64,000 nucleotides of DNA from Octopus vulgaris (GCA_951406725.2 OX597821.1:47740001-47804000), one strand, 5' to 3'. Shown: positions 38,818 through 52,180, numbered from the stretch's first letter. Numbers and translations: made by a program. Notes: a model not told the origin generated them from the sequence alone.

Positions 38818-39229
38818 CTTTTACTCTTTTACTCTTTTACTTGTTTCAGTCATTTGACTGCGGCCATGCTGGAGCACCGCCTTTAATCGAGCAACTCGAC
38901 CCCAGGACTTATTCTTCTGTAAGCCCAGTACTTATTCTATCGGTCTCTTTTGCCGAACCGCTAAGTAACAGGGACATAAACACACCAGCATCGGTTGTCA
39001 AGCGATGTTGGGGAGACAAACACAGACACACAAACACACACACGCATATATATATATACATATATACGACGGGCTTCTTTCAGTTTCCGTCTACCAAATC
39101 CACTCACAAGGCTTTGGTCGGCCCGAGGCTATAGTAGAAGACACTTGCCCAAGGTGCCACGCAGTGGGACTGAACCCGGAACTATGTGGTTGGTAAACAA
39201 GCTACTTACCACACAGCCACTCCTGTGCC
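38818..39229 (-). mobile_element. SINE family A, full length
   Basis: Reverse complement of 201-616. Confidence 0.9.
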
Positions 39230-39871
39230 TATAAATATATTTCTGTTAGATTTTACATTCAGTTACATTTATATTATTTTAACTTGTTCCAGTCAATAGA
39301 CTGTGATACCAAGCTGGAAGACAACCTACAAGGGATTTACGTAGTTATTCATAATCAACCAAACCTAGTTATCGTTTCTGTCTAGTATTTATTTTATAGG
39401 ACTTTGATTGATGAACCACTAAGTTACAGGGCATAAAGGGACACTACAAAAACTACACGGCTTCATTAGTATGTAAACATAAAGAGGTACATAGACACAC
39501 AGACAAACGCCCATGCACAAATATAACAAATAAACATCTCTCCCTCTCTCACACCAAAATACACATTTCTCTCTTTCTCTCTCTCTCTCACACACACACA
39601 CTTGCACACACACACACGCATGCACACACGCACACACACACATAAGACATGGGAGAAAAAACTCCCTCATTTTGCATGGCTATTAGTGTGCTGCTAATGA
39701 AGTAAAACTGATGGAGACAATAACTTCATGTGGATAATGTTTTATTATATTTCTTTCAGTTACCATCAATATTTGGGTGGGGACACAACATTTATTTTCT
39801 ATAGAAATATTTATCAAGACTGGTTAATCAAGATTCTTGTTCAGTATATATATTGGTATCTATATAGGTTC

Positions 39872-42000
39872 AGGTGTAGCTGTGTGGTAAGAAGCTTGCT
39901 TCCCAACCACATGGTTTTTGGTTCAGTCCCTCTCTATGGCTCCATAGGCAAGTGTCTTCTATTATAACCTTGGGCTGACCAAAGCCTTGTAAGTGGATCT
40001 GGTTAATGGAAATTGAAAGAAGCCCATCATTTATATATGTATTGAAGAAAGCCTTTGACAGGGTCCTCCAGTCCCTTATCTAGTGGTCAATGCAGAAACT
40101 AGGGATAGAAAAGTGGTTAGTGAGAGCTGCACAAACCATGCATAGAGATGCTGTCAGTAAAATAAGGGTTAGCAATGAGTATAGCATAGAATTCCAGATA
40201 GAAGTAGGGGTTCACCAAAGATCGGTGCTCAGCCCCACTTGTTCATCATAGTTCTTCAGGCAATAACAGAGGAATTTAAGACAAGCTTCCCCTGAGAGCT
40301 CTTCTATGTGGATGACCTTGTTCTTATAGCTGAATTCTTACCAGAACTAGGGAAGAAGTTTCAAGTATGGAAGTAAGAGTTAGAATCAAAGAGCCTTAGA
40401 GTTAACCTAGCAAAAGCCAAAGTCTTAGTAAGTAGGAAGGCACAAAAATCACAAATCACTTCATGTTGATGGCCCTGCTCAGTCTGCAGAAAAGGCATAG
40501 GTAGAAACTCCATAAGATTCACCTGGTGTAAGCTTTGGACACATAAAAGGTGCAACAATACCAGAGGAATGTTAACAGGGAAACTAGCTTTTGTATGTGG
40601 AAGGTGTACAGATACAATAAATGCTGAAAATGCGCAGAAAATAGACTCCATCAACTGCCAGGAGGCAATCTATAGGTAGTGGATAGCTTCTGTTATCTAG
40701 GTGATCAAGTTAGTAGTGGATGTGGATGCTCCGAGAGTGTAGCTGTGAGAATAAAATTAGGCTGGGCAGAGTTCAGAGAGTTCCTACTTCTACTGGCAGC
40801 AAAGGGCCTCTCTCTCAGAGTAAAAGGCAGATTGTATGATACCTATGTGTGAATCGCCATGCTACATGGCAGTAAAACATGGGCTATGACAGCCAAGAAC
40901 ATGCATAGGTTTGAAAGATTGGAGCCAGTATGCTTCGCTGGATGTGCAATGTCAGTGTGCATGTTTGACAGAGTGTAAGCATCTTGAGAGAAAAGTTGGG
41001 TATAAGAGGCATCCTATGTGGTGTGCAAGAGAGACGACTGTGCTGGTATGGTCATGTGATGCATATGAACAAGGCTAGCTGTGTAAAGAAGTGCCAATGT
41101 CTTAACTGTGGAGGAAACCTGTGGTAGAGTTAGACCCAGGAAGACATGGGACAAAGTGGTGAAGCATGATCTTTGAACTTTGAGCCTCACAGAGGCAATG
41201 ACTAGTGACTGAGAGCTTTGGAGATATACAGTACTTGAGAAAATCCATCAAGTTAAGTGAAATCGTAGTATTAGCTGATGTTGGTGTCACATAATTGGCA
41301 CCCATGCTGGTGGCACGTAAAGAATACCATTCGAGCATTAGGCCTTATGGAGACAAAGTGGCTGGGTTCCTTTTGGGTATTGGGCCTCATTGAGGCAAAG
41401 TGGCTCAGTTCCTTTCATGTGTTGGGCCTCACGGAGGCAATGATTAAGAACTCTGGCATTAGGTCATACTTGAGAAGAAGACCCATGGAGCTGAGCAAAA
41501 TTGCACTTGTGTCATGCAAATGGTACCCATGCTGATGACATGTAAAAGCGCCCATTAAACTCTCAGAGTAGTTGTCGTTAGGAAAGGCATCAAGCTGTAG
41601 AAAACCATGCCAAATCAGACTGGAGTCTGGTGCAGCCTTCAGCCTTGGTCAAACCGTCCAACCCGTGCCAACATGGACAACAGACATTAAATGATGATTG
41701 TGATGATGATAATGATGATGATAATGATGATGATGATGATGATTATGAGGATGGTGTATGCGTGTGTGTTTGGGTGTGTGTGTGTGTGTGCCTTCATGTC
41801 TGTGTTTGTCCACCACCACCAATTGACAACTGGTGTTGGTGTGTTTATGTCCCTGTAACTTAGTGGTTCAACAAAAGGGACTGATAGAATAAGTACCAAG
41901 TCTAACTAAAAAAAAGTACTGGGGTCAATTCATTTGACTGAAAATTCTACAAGGAGGTGCTCCGGCATGGCCACAGTCTGAAACAAGTAAAAGATAAAAG
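39872..42000 (+). mobile_element. Older SINE A split by an RTE insertion (5' half 39872-40040, 3' half 41755-42000)
   Basis: The two halves reconstitute the family A sequence around its internal microsatellite. Confidence 0.7.
40045..41750 (+). mobile_element. 5'-truncated degraded RTE LINE (RT to 3' tail)
   Basis: KAFDRV, GVHQRSVLSP, LLYVDDL and PHD-like finger remnants; (GAT)n tail at 41692-41750. Confidence 0.88.
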
Positions 42001-42703
42001 GTGTGTGTGTGTATTTGAAGGGGTTTTTAATGGTTACAGCCCCCCCCTACAAGATACTAGTCAGCCTGACACTACAGTAGAAGACACATGACCAAGGTGT
42101 TACTGAACAGTGAGTTTGAACCTGGAACCATGTGGTTCTGAAACAAAGTCTTAACCACACAGCTAAGCCTCTATTTATGTGGAAGAAATTAATTTTAAAT
42201 AAACCAAAAGATAAAACCACATCACTTAAATCCCATAATGATAGTAAGAAAGTCTTTCTTAGTGATGTTTTGAAGTAGGTGTTTTGTCCACAAATCTCAC
42301 CTCTCCTTTATTCTCATAATTACTGCCAGCCTAAATATCTGTCTGTTTGTTTTCTATAAATTTTCATTGTTCCACCAATATTCTAGCTCAATGGTTTATT
42401 TTTTACTTGATGGTTTGTTTTGGAAGGATAGCAGTTATTGTTGTTGTTATTTTTGTTTAATGCAAGCTCACTCACACTGAGAAGACACATGATCAAAAGT
42501 GATCAATTTTAAAAATTCTGTATACAGTATTATATATCTATCATTATGTTATACAACAGAGCCATACCTTTTGAGATGGTAAGACACAATATGAAAATTT
42601 CATTGGTCAGTACTGACTGTGCTGACCTACAATCAAAGGTATTCCAGCTACAAATTACAGGTAACCTGATCATTATTTTACACACAGTATATCTAGGACT
42701 AAA

Positions 42704-42934
42704 GGTGAGCTGGCAGAAACGTTAGCACACCGGGCGAAATGCTTAGCGGTATTTCGTCTGCCATTACATTGTGAATTCAAATTCCACCGAGGTCGACTTT
42801 GCCTTTCATCCTTTCGGGGTCGATAAATTAAGTACCAGTTACGCACTGGGGTCGATGTAATCGACTTAATACCTATGTCTGTCCTTGTTTGGTCCCTCTG
42901 TGTTTAGCCTCTTGTGGGAAATGAAGAAATAAGT
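42704..42934 (+). mobile_element. SINE family B
   Basis: High identity to 28601-28830. Confidence 0.88.
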
Positions 42935-43191
42935 ATATCTAGGACTACATGATCCAATGTTTGGTTCTATTTTTAGCAGGTGATTCAAGGAGTATTTGAC
43001 ATTATTTTGAGCAAGTTCAGTGATCATACAGGGGTTGCACAATTCAATTACAGATCCAGTTGTAACTCTGTCGGAGTGATCCATCATTGGTATATGATAT
43101 TGAAGTTCTAAGATAAATCACACCCTCTAGCCTTGACATCATGTGATAAGTTGTAAATGAGTGCCACTATCATACAAGCAATGTTATTTAA

Positions 43192-43595
43192 TTCCAGTAT
43201 TTTGTGTAAACATACCTGGCCACCGGAAATAATTACCTTGCTTGGAAAGAGATGAGTGATGACAGGTAGGACATCCGTCCATTGAAAATTGGCTTCAATA
43301 AACTCCATCTGATCCATGCAAGGATTAAAAAGTGGACATTAAAATGATGCTGATGATGATTACAAAATACTAATAAAGACAAGTAGATATAGGTTCCAGT
43401 ATTTTGTGTAAACATACCTGGCCACCGGAAATAATTACCTTGCTTGGAAAGAGATGAATGATGACAGGTAGGACATCCGTCCATTGAAAATTGGCTTCAA
43501 TAAACTCCATGTAATCCATGCAAGGATTAAAAAGTGGACATTAAAATGATGCTGATGAAGATTACAAAATACTAATAAAGACAAGTAGATATAGG
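43192..43595. repeat. Direct tandem duplication, 202-bp unit x2
   Basis: ttccagtattttgtgtaaacatacctggcc...aagtagatatagg at 43192 and 43394, with few mismatches. Confidence 0.9.
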
Positions 43596-44064
43596 TTTCT
43601 ATTTTCTGATATTTAGCAGACAAAATAGTCGTAGTGGTGCATATTTGAAATGATTTCAGTTTGCAATACATTAAGAATGGTTAAATGGAACTGTGAGAAC
43701 ACCCACACCCCCACCCAACTATTTACAGTTCACATCTGCATATAATTTAATTAAATATTTTCAAAACTTACAGATCATTCACATGAGAGACATATGTATC
43801 TTTTAATCAGGTAAAAAATAAACCATTCCTTCTGTACATGCTAGCTATCAACATATACTGAGATTAAAAAGAAAGAAATACAAATGAAATCTACAGAAAT
43901 ATCAAAATAAAATATAATAATTCTCTCTGCGAATTAATTAATAAAATTTATACTGAATTCATGTAAACAACTTTACAAGTGTTCTTGTTTGTTGCAAAGG
44001 CTGGTAACTCTGTTTAGTCTGTTTGGGGTAGTTGACGTGGTTTATGGCATGGCAGGATAATGTC

Positions 44065-44286
44065 GGCAGAAACGTTAGCACACCGGGCGAAATGCTTAGT
44101 GGTATTTCGTCTGCGTTACGTTGTGAGTTCAAATTCTGCCGAGGTCAACTTTGCCTCTCATCCTTTCGGGGTCGATAAATTAAGTACCAGTTACGCACTG
44201 GGGTCTATGTAATCGACTTAATACCTATGTCTGTCCTTGTTTGTCCCCTCTGTGTTTAGCTCCTTGTGGGTAATAAAGAAATAGGT
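44065..44286 (+). mobile_element. SINE family B
   Basis: High identity to other B copies. Confidence 0.88.
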
Positions 44287-44313
44287 ATGTACATTTGAAG
44301 CTTTATGACTCTG

Positions 44314-44394
<81 letters not shown>

Positions 44395-44903
44395 ATGTCT
44401 GTCTGTCTTTCTGTCTGTCTTGACTGAGCAAACCTATCATCAAAGATAATCCAATCATGACGATCTACTCATAAATCTTCATTGGATGAATATGTCCTTC
44501 CCTTTTTAAGATGGTAGGGTGTAGTTTGAGAGATATATGGGTGCTATTTCTAATAGGCTGACTGACCACATAAAAGCCAAAGTAAGTCTTTCCTAGACTC
44601 ATTCTCACAAAACTGAATGTGTTAAAAACTGATTTAAAACCACAAACAACATTCAAAGTTTTATTTTATGCACAGTCAGTGGTGGGTAGTCATAGACTGA
44701 CAGAGTTAGCATTCTAATACAAGCAGTAATCCATCAGATTGGAATTACACTAGACAGGACCACATGCAGGTGTACAACAGGCACACATACAACAGATGTT
44801 AACCACTGCAGCAGGAGTAATATGTGTTTGATGAGTGCTCTATTCACTTGCATCTGCTTAAATGCATGAAAAATAATTTCATTGTTTTTTTTTTTCTTTG
44901 AAA

Positions 44904-45242
44904 GGTGCATGACTCAGTGGTTAGAGAATTGGGGCTTACAACTGTGATGCTGTGAGTTCAATTTCTGGATCGGGCTGCATGTTGTGTTCTTGAGCAAGAC
45001 ACTTTATTTTCAATTCACTCAGTTGTAGAAATGAATTGCAACATCACTAATGCCAAGTTGTATCAGATTTTGCCTTACCCTTGGACAACATCAACAGCAT
45101 GGAGAGGGGAAACTGGTATGCATAGGTGACTGCCGGTCTTCTACATATAACCTTGCCTTGATTTGTACCACGGAGGGAAACTTTCTCAGTGCAATCACAC
45201 ATTCATTCATGACTGAAAAGAGCTCTTTATCTCTTTTACCCA
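44904..45242 (+). mobile_element. SINE family D
   Basis: Aligns to 20081-20402. Confidence 0.78.
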
Positions 45243-45440
45243 TTTATTCCCAGTATGATCAACAGGAGGGGATTGTCTCTCTACTACATCATACAGATGT
45301 AAAAAACAAGACACCACCACCACCACCACCACCACCACCACCATCACTACAATTATCACTACTGCCACTACTAAAATCACCACACTGAACTACATGACTG
45401 CCTTGGCAACCAACTCCACCACAACCACCACCATTGCTAC

Positions 45441-45473
<33 letters not shown>

Positions 45474-46600
45474 ACAACGTCATCGTCATTTAACATCTAT
45501 TGTTCATGCTGGCATGGGTTGGATGGTTTAACTAGAACTAGCAAGCTGAGGAGTTGCACCAGACTCCAGTCTGATTTGACATGATTTCTACAGCTGGATG
45601 CCTTTCCTATCACCAACCACTTTACAGAGTGTGCCAGATGCTTTTATGTGGCACCACATAGGTGCTTTTACATGGCACTGCCATGAGTGCTTTATACCAC
45701 CAGGAGGATCGATTTCAACATTTCTGCTGCAGAATATGGGTTTTCTTGAGTACAGCAAGGTGTTAGACATCTCTGTCTTTTGTCATCACACCTGAAAGTT
45801 TCAGCATCCTGAGGTCGTTCTTCAGTACTTCATCCCATGTCTTCCTGGGTCTCTCACTTCCATGTGTTCCAGCTATTTTGAGAGACTGGTACTTCTTTAT
45901 GGAGCTGTCGGCATCCATCTGCATTGCATGACCAAACCAGCACAGTCTTCTGCCTTGCACACAGCAACTGATTCCTCTGATGCCTAACTTCTCTCTCAGA
46001 ATGCTGGCACTCTGTTGAACATGTACACTTACACTACACATCCTGCAAAGCATATAGGCTTATCCCTTTCTAACCTTCACATGTCCTCTACATTTAGGGC
46101 TCACATATCACTACCATGTAGAATTGCTGTCCGTATACATGCATCATACAATCTTCCTTTCACTCAGAGCGAAAAGCCTTCCATGGCCAACAGAAGTAAC
46201 AGCTCTCTGAATTTCCTCCATCCTATGCTTATTCTAGTTATCTCACTCTGTGCATCCTCCCCCACTACTAATTTGGTCCCCTAGGTAGCAGAAATTATCT
46301 ACTACTTCTAATGAGCCACCAGGGCATTTGAGAGAATCAATTTCCCAAGTCTCTGAAGTTTTTATGGATCCAGTGCATCCTCCACATACAAACACTCTTC
46401 CCAGTGTTCCTAATCCACTGCACCTCTTGCATGTCCATAGCTTACACTGGGTACATTGTATGGAGTTCCTGCCTACACCTTTCCAACAAATCAGACAGGG
46501 AAACCTACCTGACCCTAACCCTACCTGACCCTAACCCTAACCCTAACCCTAACCCTAACCCTACCTGTCAGTTTTCTTGTTTACTTGGACCTTAGTCTTT
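45441..46600 (-). mobile_element. Degraded RTE LINE fragment
   Basis: (CAT)n tail; minus strand LREKLGIRGISCCVQGRRLCWFGH...RPRKTWDEV plus a PHD-like finger remnant. Confidence 0.85.
46513..46563. repeat. Interstitial telomeric-type (CCCTAA)n repeat
   Basis: ccctaaccctacctgaccctaaccctaaccctaaccctaaccctaaccct. Confidence 0.85.
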
Positions 46601-47177
46601 ACTACCACAACCACTACCACTATAAGTACCACTGTTATTACCACTACAAACACCAGCAGCAGCAGCAGCATCATCACCACCACCATCACCGCCACCACCA
46701 CCACCACTTCCACTACTACTACTACTACTAGTATGCTTCACATTGACATACCTGGAAGAGAAGCTAATAAATAGATTTACACCTAAAATGGTAAATGGCA
46801 ATAGGAGAAAGACAGGTAGGAAAGAGAGGGATAGAGAGAGGTAGAGGGGTAGAGAGAGAAGTAAAAGGATAGAGAGAGAAGTAGAGGCATAGAGAAGGAA
46901 AATGGATAGAGAGAGGGAGGGGGATAGGGGTGAAGTATGTATGCATGCTTCTGTGCGTATGCTAATATGAAGTAATATAGCGAAAGTAATAGGAAATTAA
47001 ATCTACTTAAAGGAGATCAGTTAAGTGTTCAATTCTATTTTATTGAACTGCTTTGGTAAAAGTATGGAAGACTGTTACTCATTTTGGTTGGACATGATGC
47101 TTTTAGTAATCCATACTTATTGATCCATTAATCACTGTTAAAACCAATAGTCTTAGACACAGATAATACATACACTG

Positions 47178-47234
<57 letters not shown>

Positions 47235-47331
47235 ATGTGTGTGTATGTGTGTGTGTGTGTATGTCTGCATGTGTGTACGTATATACGATTATTCCCAAGG
47301 AGTATGGAGTGAGCAACTCATTTTATTACAT

Positions 47332-47430
47332 AAATTTACAACTGTTTCATCAATATTCAATCGCAAAGGTATTGCTGTATCATTATTATATAATACATGC
47401 AACTATGGATATTTATGGATTTTCAGAAAT
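47332..47430 (-). ncRNA. Degenerate hammerhead ribozyme relic
   Basis: Minus strand attt-CTGAAAA...atccata/tattgat-GAAA-CAGTTG-TA^AATTT...AATAAA; resembles the GAAACAGCTGTA family. Confidence 0.4.
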
Positions 47431-47549
47431 ATGATCTGTTAAGCAATCTGTCTCAGATTTAAAGTCATATCTGATAGTCTGTACTTGTTTATGAGCTTAA
47501 AAGACTCCAAGGCTAACACTTGAATGAAATTTATATATATATATATATA

Positions 47550-47955
47550 GGCGCAGGAGTGGCTGTGTGGTAAGTAGCTTGTTTACCAACCACATGGTTT
47601 CGGGTTCAGTCCCACTGCGTGGCACCTTGGGCAAGTGTCTTCTACTATAGCCCCGGGCCGACCAATGCCTTGTGAGTGGATTTGGTAGACGGAAACTGAA
47701 AGAAGCCTGTCGTATATATGTATATATATGTATATGTGTGTGTGTTTGTGTGTTTGTGTTTGTCCCCCTAGCATCGCTTGACAACCGATGCTGGTGTGTT
47801 TATGTCCCTGTCACTTAGCGGTTCGGCAAAAGAGACCGATAGAATAAGTACTGGGCTTACAAAGAATAAGTCCTGGGGTCGAGTTGCTCGATTTAAGGCG
47901 GTGCTCCAGCATGGCCGCAGTCAAATGACTGAAACAAGTAAAAGAGTAAAAGAGT
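47550..47955 (+). mobile_element. SINE family A, full length
   Basis: High identity to 201-616. Confidence 0.9.
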
Positions 47956-48124
47956 ACATATATATATATTTGTATTTATCTGTCTGCCTGTCTATTTCTC
48001 TATCTATCTATCTGTTTGTCAGAATGTCTATCTTTCTACGTGTCAATCTATCTATATAGGTGCAGGTGTGGCTGTATGGTAAGAAGTTTTCTTCCCAACT
48101 GCATGGCTCTAGGTTCAATCTGGC

Positions 48125-49440
48125 ATCTTGAAGAAAGAAATCCAAGAAGATATGTGATGAAGAAGTGAGAGCTAATCTCAAGATGTTGGGCCTCACAGAG
48201 GAGTAAAACTGAGTTCTGTGGGTGCTATATCTTCCACCCATATGTCACATTAAATTTTTTCATGCACTCTACCCCAATAAACCAAACTACATCCCCTCTT
48301 CTTCATGTACTATGCTTGTCTATCTCTTCCCACTCCTACAGCCCATCCAGTCCTTCCATCCCTACCTGCATTCATGTGAACTTCCTATTTTTGCACCCTG
48401 GGCTATCCTCTACAATCCCATTTATATTCTCATCCTCATATCTTGAGAGTGTACCCTTGCACTTTACCACTATTTCTCCCATTCTCTCTCACTTTCACTT
48501 TCTCTCTTTCATTCTTGCTCTCACTTATTCTTGCTCTCCCATTCTTGCTCCCTCTCCCTTGCTTACTCTCTCTCTCTCTCGCTTTCTCCCTCCGACTGGG
48601 GTAACCATGCATCTTCTCTACAGCAAAATCCCTGTTTCTGTCCATCTGTCAAACTCTAACCTCTCATCAGCCGACACAAGGCCACCTCCTCCAATGCCCA
48701 CTCCACTCAAAAGAGCTTTGCCTTGCAAGTTACTTGGTGACCTTGCCACCACAAGTGCCACATAGAAAAGCATCCAATCCATTCTGTAAAGTGGTTTGTC
48801 ATTAGGAAGGGCATCTAGCCATAGAAACAATGCCAAAGGAGACCATTTCAGTGCTGGTGCCACATAAAAAGCACCCAGTTCACTTTGTAAAGAGGTTTGT
48901 ATTAGGAAGGGCGTCCAGTTATAAAACCCATGCCAAAGAAGACTCCCTCACAGTTTTCTGGAACATTCTCCTATCTCCTTCACTACCTATGCTCTCCCCA
49001 CTGTTCTCAGTGGATAGCCTCTCTCTCATTCCCCCTCAATCTGTCTCTCTATCTTTCTCTCTAATTCTCACCTTTCTGATCCTACTAGGACATTATTAAG
49101 GAGATACTAGCCAAGTATCTTCTCTATAATAAAACAGCTATCTCTGTCCCTCTATCATACTCTAACATCTCACCTAACACACAGTCAGTCCCCTTGGTTC
49201 CACTCCCTCTCTCAGCTGAGAGGTCTCTGTCTTGCAAGCTACTTGGCAAACCATTGGTACTGGTGCCATGTAAAAAGTACCCGGTACACTGAAAATTTTT
49301 TGGCATTCTATGGCTGGATTCCCTTCCAGAACAGACGATGGGAGTCTGGTGTAAGTCTCTGGCTTACCAGCTCCTGCCAAACCGTCCAACCCATGCTAGC
49401 ATGGAAAATAGACGTTAAATGATGATGATGATGATGATGG
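48125..49440 (+). mobile_element. Old RTE LINE 3' portion with long pyrimidine-rich 3' UTR
   Basis: ORF-end remnant (..CDEEVRANLKMLGLTEE), repeated aaaagcacc/ggaagggcatc motifs, ccaacccatgctagcatggaaaatagacgttaaat(GAT)n tail. Confidence 0.65.
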
Positions 49441-49754
49441 TAATAATGATGGGGATGATGTACAGATGCATGTGTATGTATATATGTGTAAATATATATA
49501 TGTATACATGTATGAGCATATAATATGTATTATGTATGCTAAAAATGTTTTATAGCTTTTTCTTTTCTCATAAAACTTACCAACTACTAAGTGGGGACAA
49601 TACTATATTATCTGGTGATGGAAACTTACTTGCAAGATCTATTGTGTTGACAGTTGAATAATTTATTGCTCGTGTCATTGATAATATTTTGGCTGGTAAA
49701 TAAAGATAAGAGAGAGACAGTATTAGCCACTTCATTGTCAACCTGTGAAATCTA

Positions 49755-49760
49755 CCATTA

Positions 49761-49799
<39 letters not shown>

Positions 49800-49800
49800 T

Positions 49801-49845
<45 letters not shown>

Positions 49846-49945
49846 AACTACTATTACTACTACTACTACTACTACCACCACCACCACCATCACCACCACC
49901 ACCACCACTACTACCACCACTACCACCACCACCACCACCACCACC

Positions 49946-50013
<68 letters not shown>

Positions 50014-50030
50014 TACTACTACTACTACCT
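49755..50030. repeat. (TAC)n/(CAC)n array
   Basis: Direct reading. Confidence 0.95.
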
Positions 50031-50387
50031 TCTTCAGAAAATAAAACTGATTGACTGGTTGTTTATCTGTTTATCAAATCATCTTCTCTCTTAATTGGGG
50101 TTCTTGTATCAACATTTCTTTTCCTTCTAAAACACCTGAATTCAAAGTATAAATTATTCTGTGAACGTATTTTTTTTACAGGTTGGTTTTACTAGAAAAT
50201 GTTCAATATTGCCTGAAGGAATGGTGTTACTATATAATAAATTAACAGAAGGTAATATTATGAATTAATGAATAAACAGCAATGCTACAGAAACATAGGT
50301 AGCATAGACAGAGCTGTCCATTCATACTTCATATATATATATATATATATATATGAGTGTGTGTGTGTGTGTGTGTGTGTGTATTGC

Positions 50388-50665
50388 AATAATTATATAC
50401 ATAATTATAACAAGGGGTTGGCTATAAGCCTCTCCATGCACTGGAAAAATAGATGCCAAAAGATGCTATTACCACCTTAAAAACTCTGAGAATAAAACAC
50501 TGGGTTGTAGTCAGGTGGAGAGGCTTATAGCCAATCCCTTGTTATAATTATGTATATAATTATTAAAATATTTGTAAAATTTACCTCTCTAGTTTTTATT
50601 TCTGTGCTAACCTCCTGGTAAAATCAGTAATGATTTTTACCCTTTAATATAATTTATTATAATTA
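50388..50665. mobile_element. Microsatellite-embedded asymmetric inverted-repeat element
   Basis: 49-bp arms at 50388-50436 and 50516-50564, plus a one-sided tail running into (TA)n. Confidence 0.6.
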
Positions 50666-50710
50666 ATATATATATATATGTATGTATGTGAGTGTGTGTA
50701 TATATATATT

Positions 50711-50763
<53 letters not shown>

Positions 50764-50989
50764 TTAGTGAGACAGGGAGACAAAGAGATTTATTGGTTTA
50801 TTGGTGGATGCAACAGAAACAGTTTTAAATGAAAATCACCTTCAGTATATCAAACTAATGAAAGGTTATGATGCTGTGTTTTATTTTTTGTTTTTGTCTA
50901 AGAGAAAAATATTTTCATAGACATGCATTCAAAACACAACATACCGCATTATATGTTGTCTTGCAAACAACTTGCACATGCAAGTGCTA

Positions 50990-51380
50990 CCAGTCAAAAA
51001 CTCTGTATACCAGAAGCCAGCAAGTGTATGGGGTCATCAGGAGAGAATGCGCGCCGTTTCGGGGCCTACTTCTCGATAGCATCAAACTGATATGAGGCCC
51101 TGTTTGCTAGATCAGCTGGTTATCAAATTAAGCTCAATATCCTTCTAGCCATCGCTCATCATCTCTTTTTAACCAAATCCAGTTGCTAGCCTTCTCCACT
51201 GTAGATTGGATATCAGTCATGGTGGTATTGACTTTACGATGAGTTAGGCGTAGCGATAACAACAGTCGTCTCACACTGTGTCCAATGAACCCTCTACATC
51301 CGACTTCAGTTGGAAAATGTTCCGCTTTCCAGCCTGCGTCTTCACATTCCTCAAGGAGGTTTGCATAACGGTTAAATTTT
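50990..51380 (-). mobile_element. 3' end of an RLE-encoding non-LTR retrotransposon (HERO/R2-superfamily-like)
   Basis: Open frame 51379-51134: KFNRYANLLEECEDAGWKAEHFPTEVGCRGFIGHSV...VEKASNWIWLKRDDERWLEGY*. Confidence 0.8.
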
Positions 51381-51835
51381 CATATAATACACAGAAAGTA
51401 ATTTAAATCTTAACGGATTAAACAGATAAAGAAAAGACATGTGGAATGGAGAATCACTGAAGAAATTTAAATCCAATGTTGTTTCAATTGTGTATACATT
51501 ATATAGTACAGCCTAGCAAAATTTCTGGAATATTCACTGTTTCTCATTTATCAAAGCATGAATTTTGACAAAGCAATAACAAATGGAAACATGGCATTGA
51601 CAAGTCCCTATCAGGATTAGAAATGTATTGATCATTCTTGTAGATCACTGTGCAGCAACAATGATTACCTTACTCCGATTAATATTATGCTTTTACCACA
51701 CAACATCTCTATGAAGAGATTTTCTCATTGACAATACAACTGAAAACAAAATAGCATCATGCTTATCATTGCTGTATATGCAGTTAAAATAACACAGAGA
51801 TGGCTGTATATACGTAGATATACATGCATACCTAC

Positions 51836-51954
<119 letters not shown>

Positions 51955-51970
51955 TGCATATATATATACA

Positions 51971-52177
51971 CTTTTACTCTTTTATTTGTTTCAGTCATTT
52001 GACTGCGGCCATGCTGGAGCACCACCTTTAGTCAAGCAAATCGACCCCGGGACTTATTCTTTGTAAGCCTAGTACTTATTCTATCGGTCACTTTTGCCAA
52101 ACTGCTAAGTGACAGGGACGTAAACACACCAGCATCGGTTGTCAAGCAATGCTAGGGGGACAAACACAGACACACAA

Positions 52178-52180
<3 letters not shown>
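51971..52180 (-). mobile_element. SINE family A, 3' half
   Basis: Matches the family A tail region. Confidence 0.85.

Noticed and set aside
51020-51065. GAAAC...CTGATGA on the minus strand in the HERO-like 3' UTR as a type II hammerhead
   Set aside because: Stem II would need CCCC to pair with CCCC; no valid stem I/III
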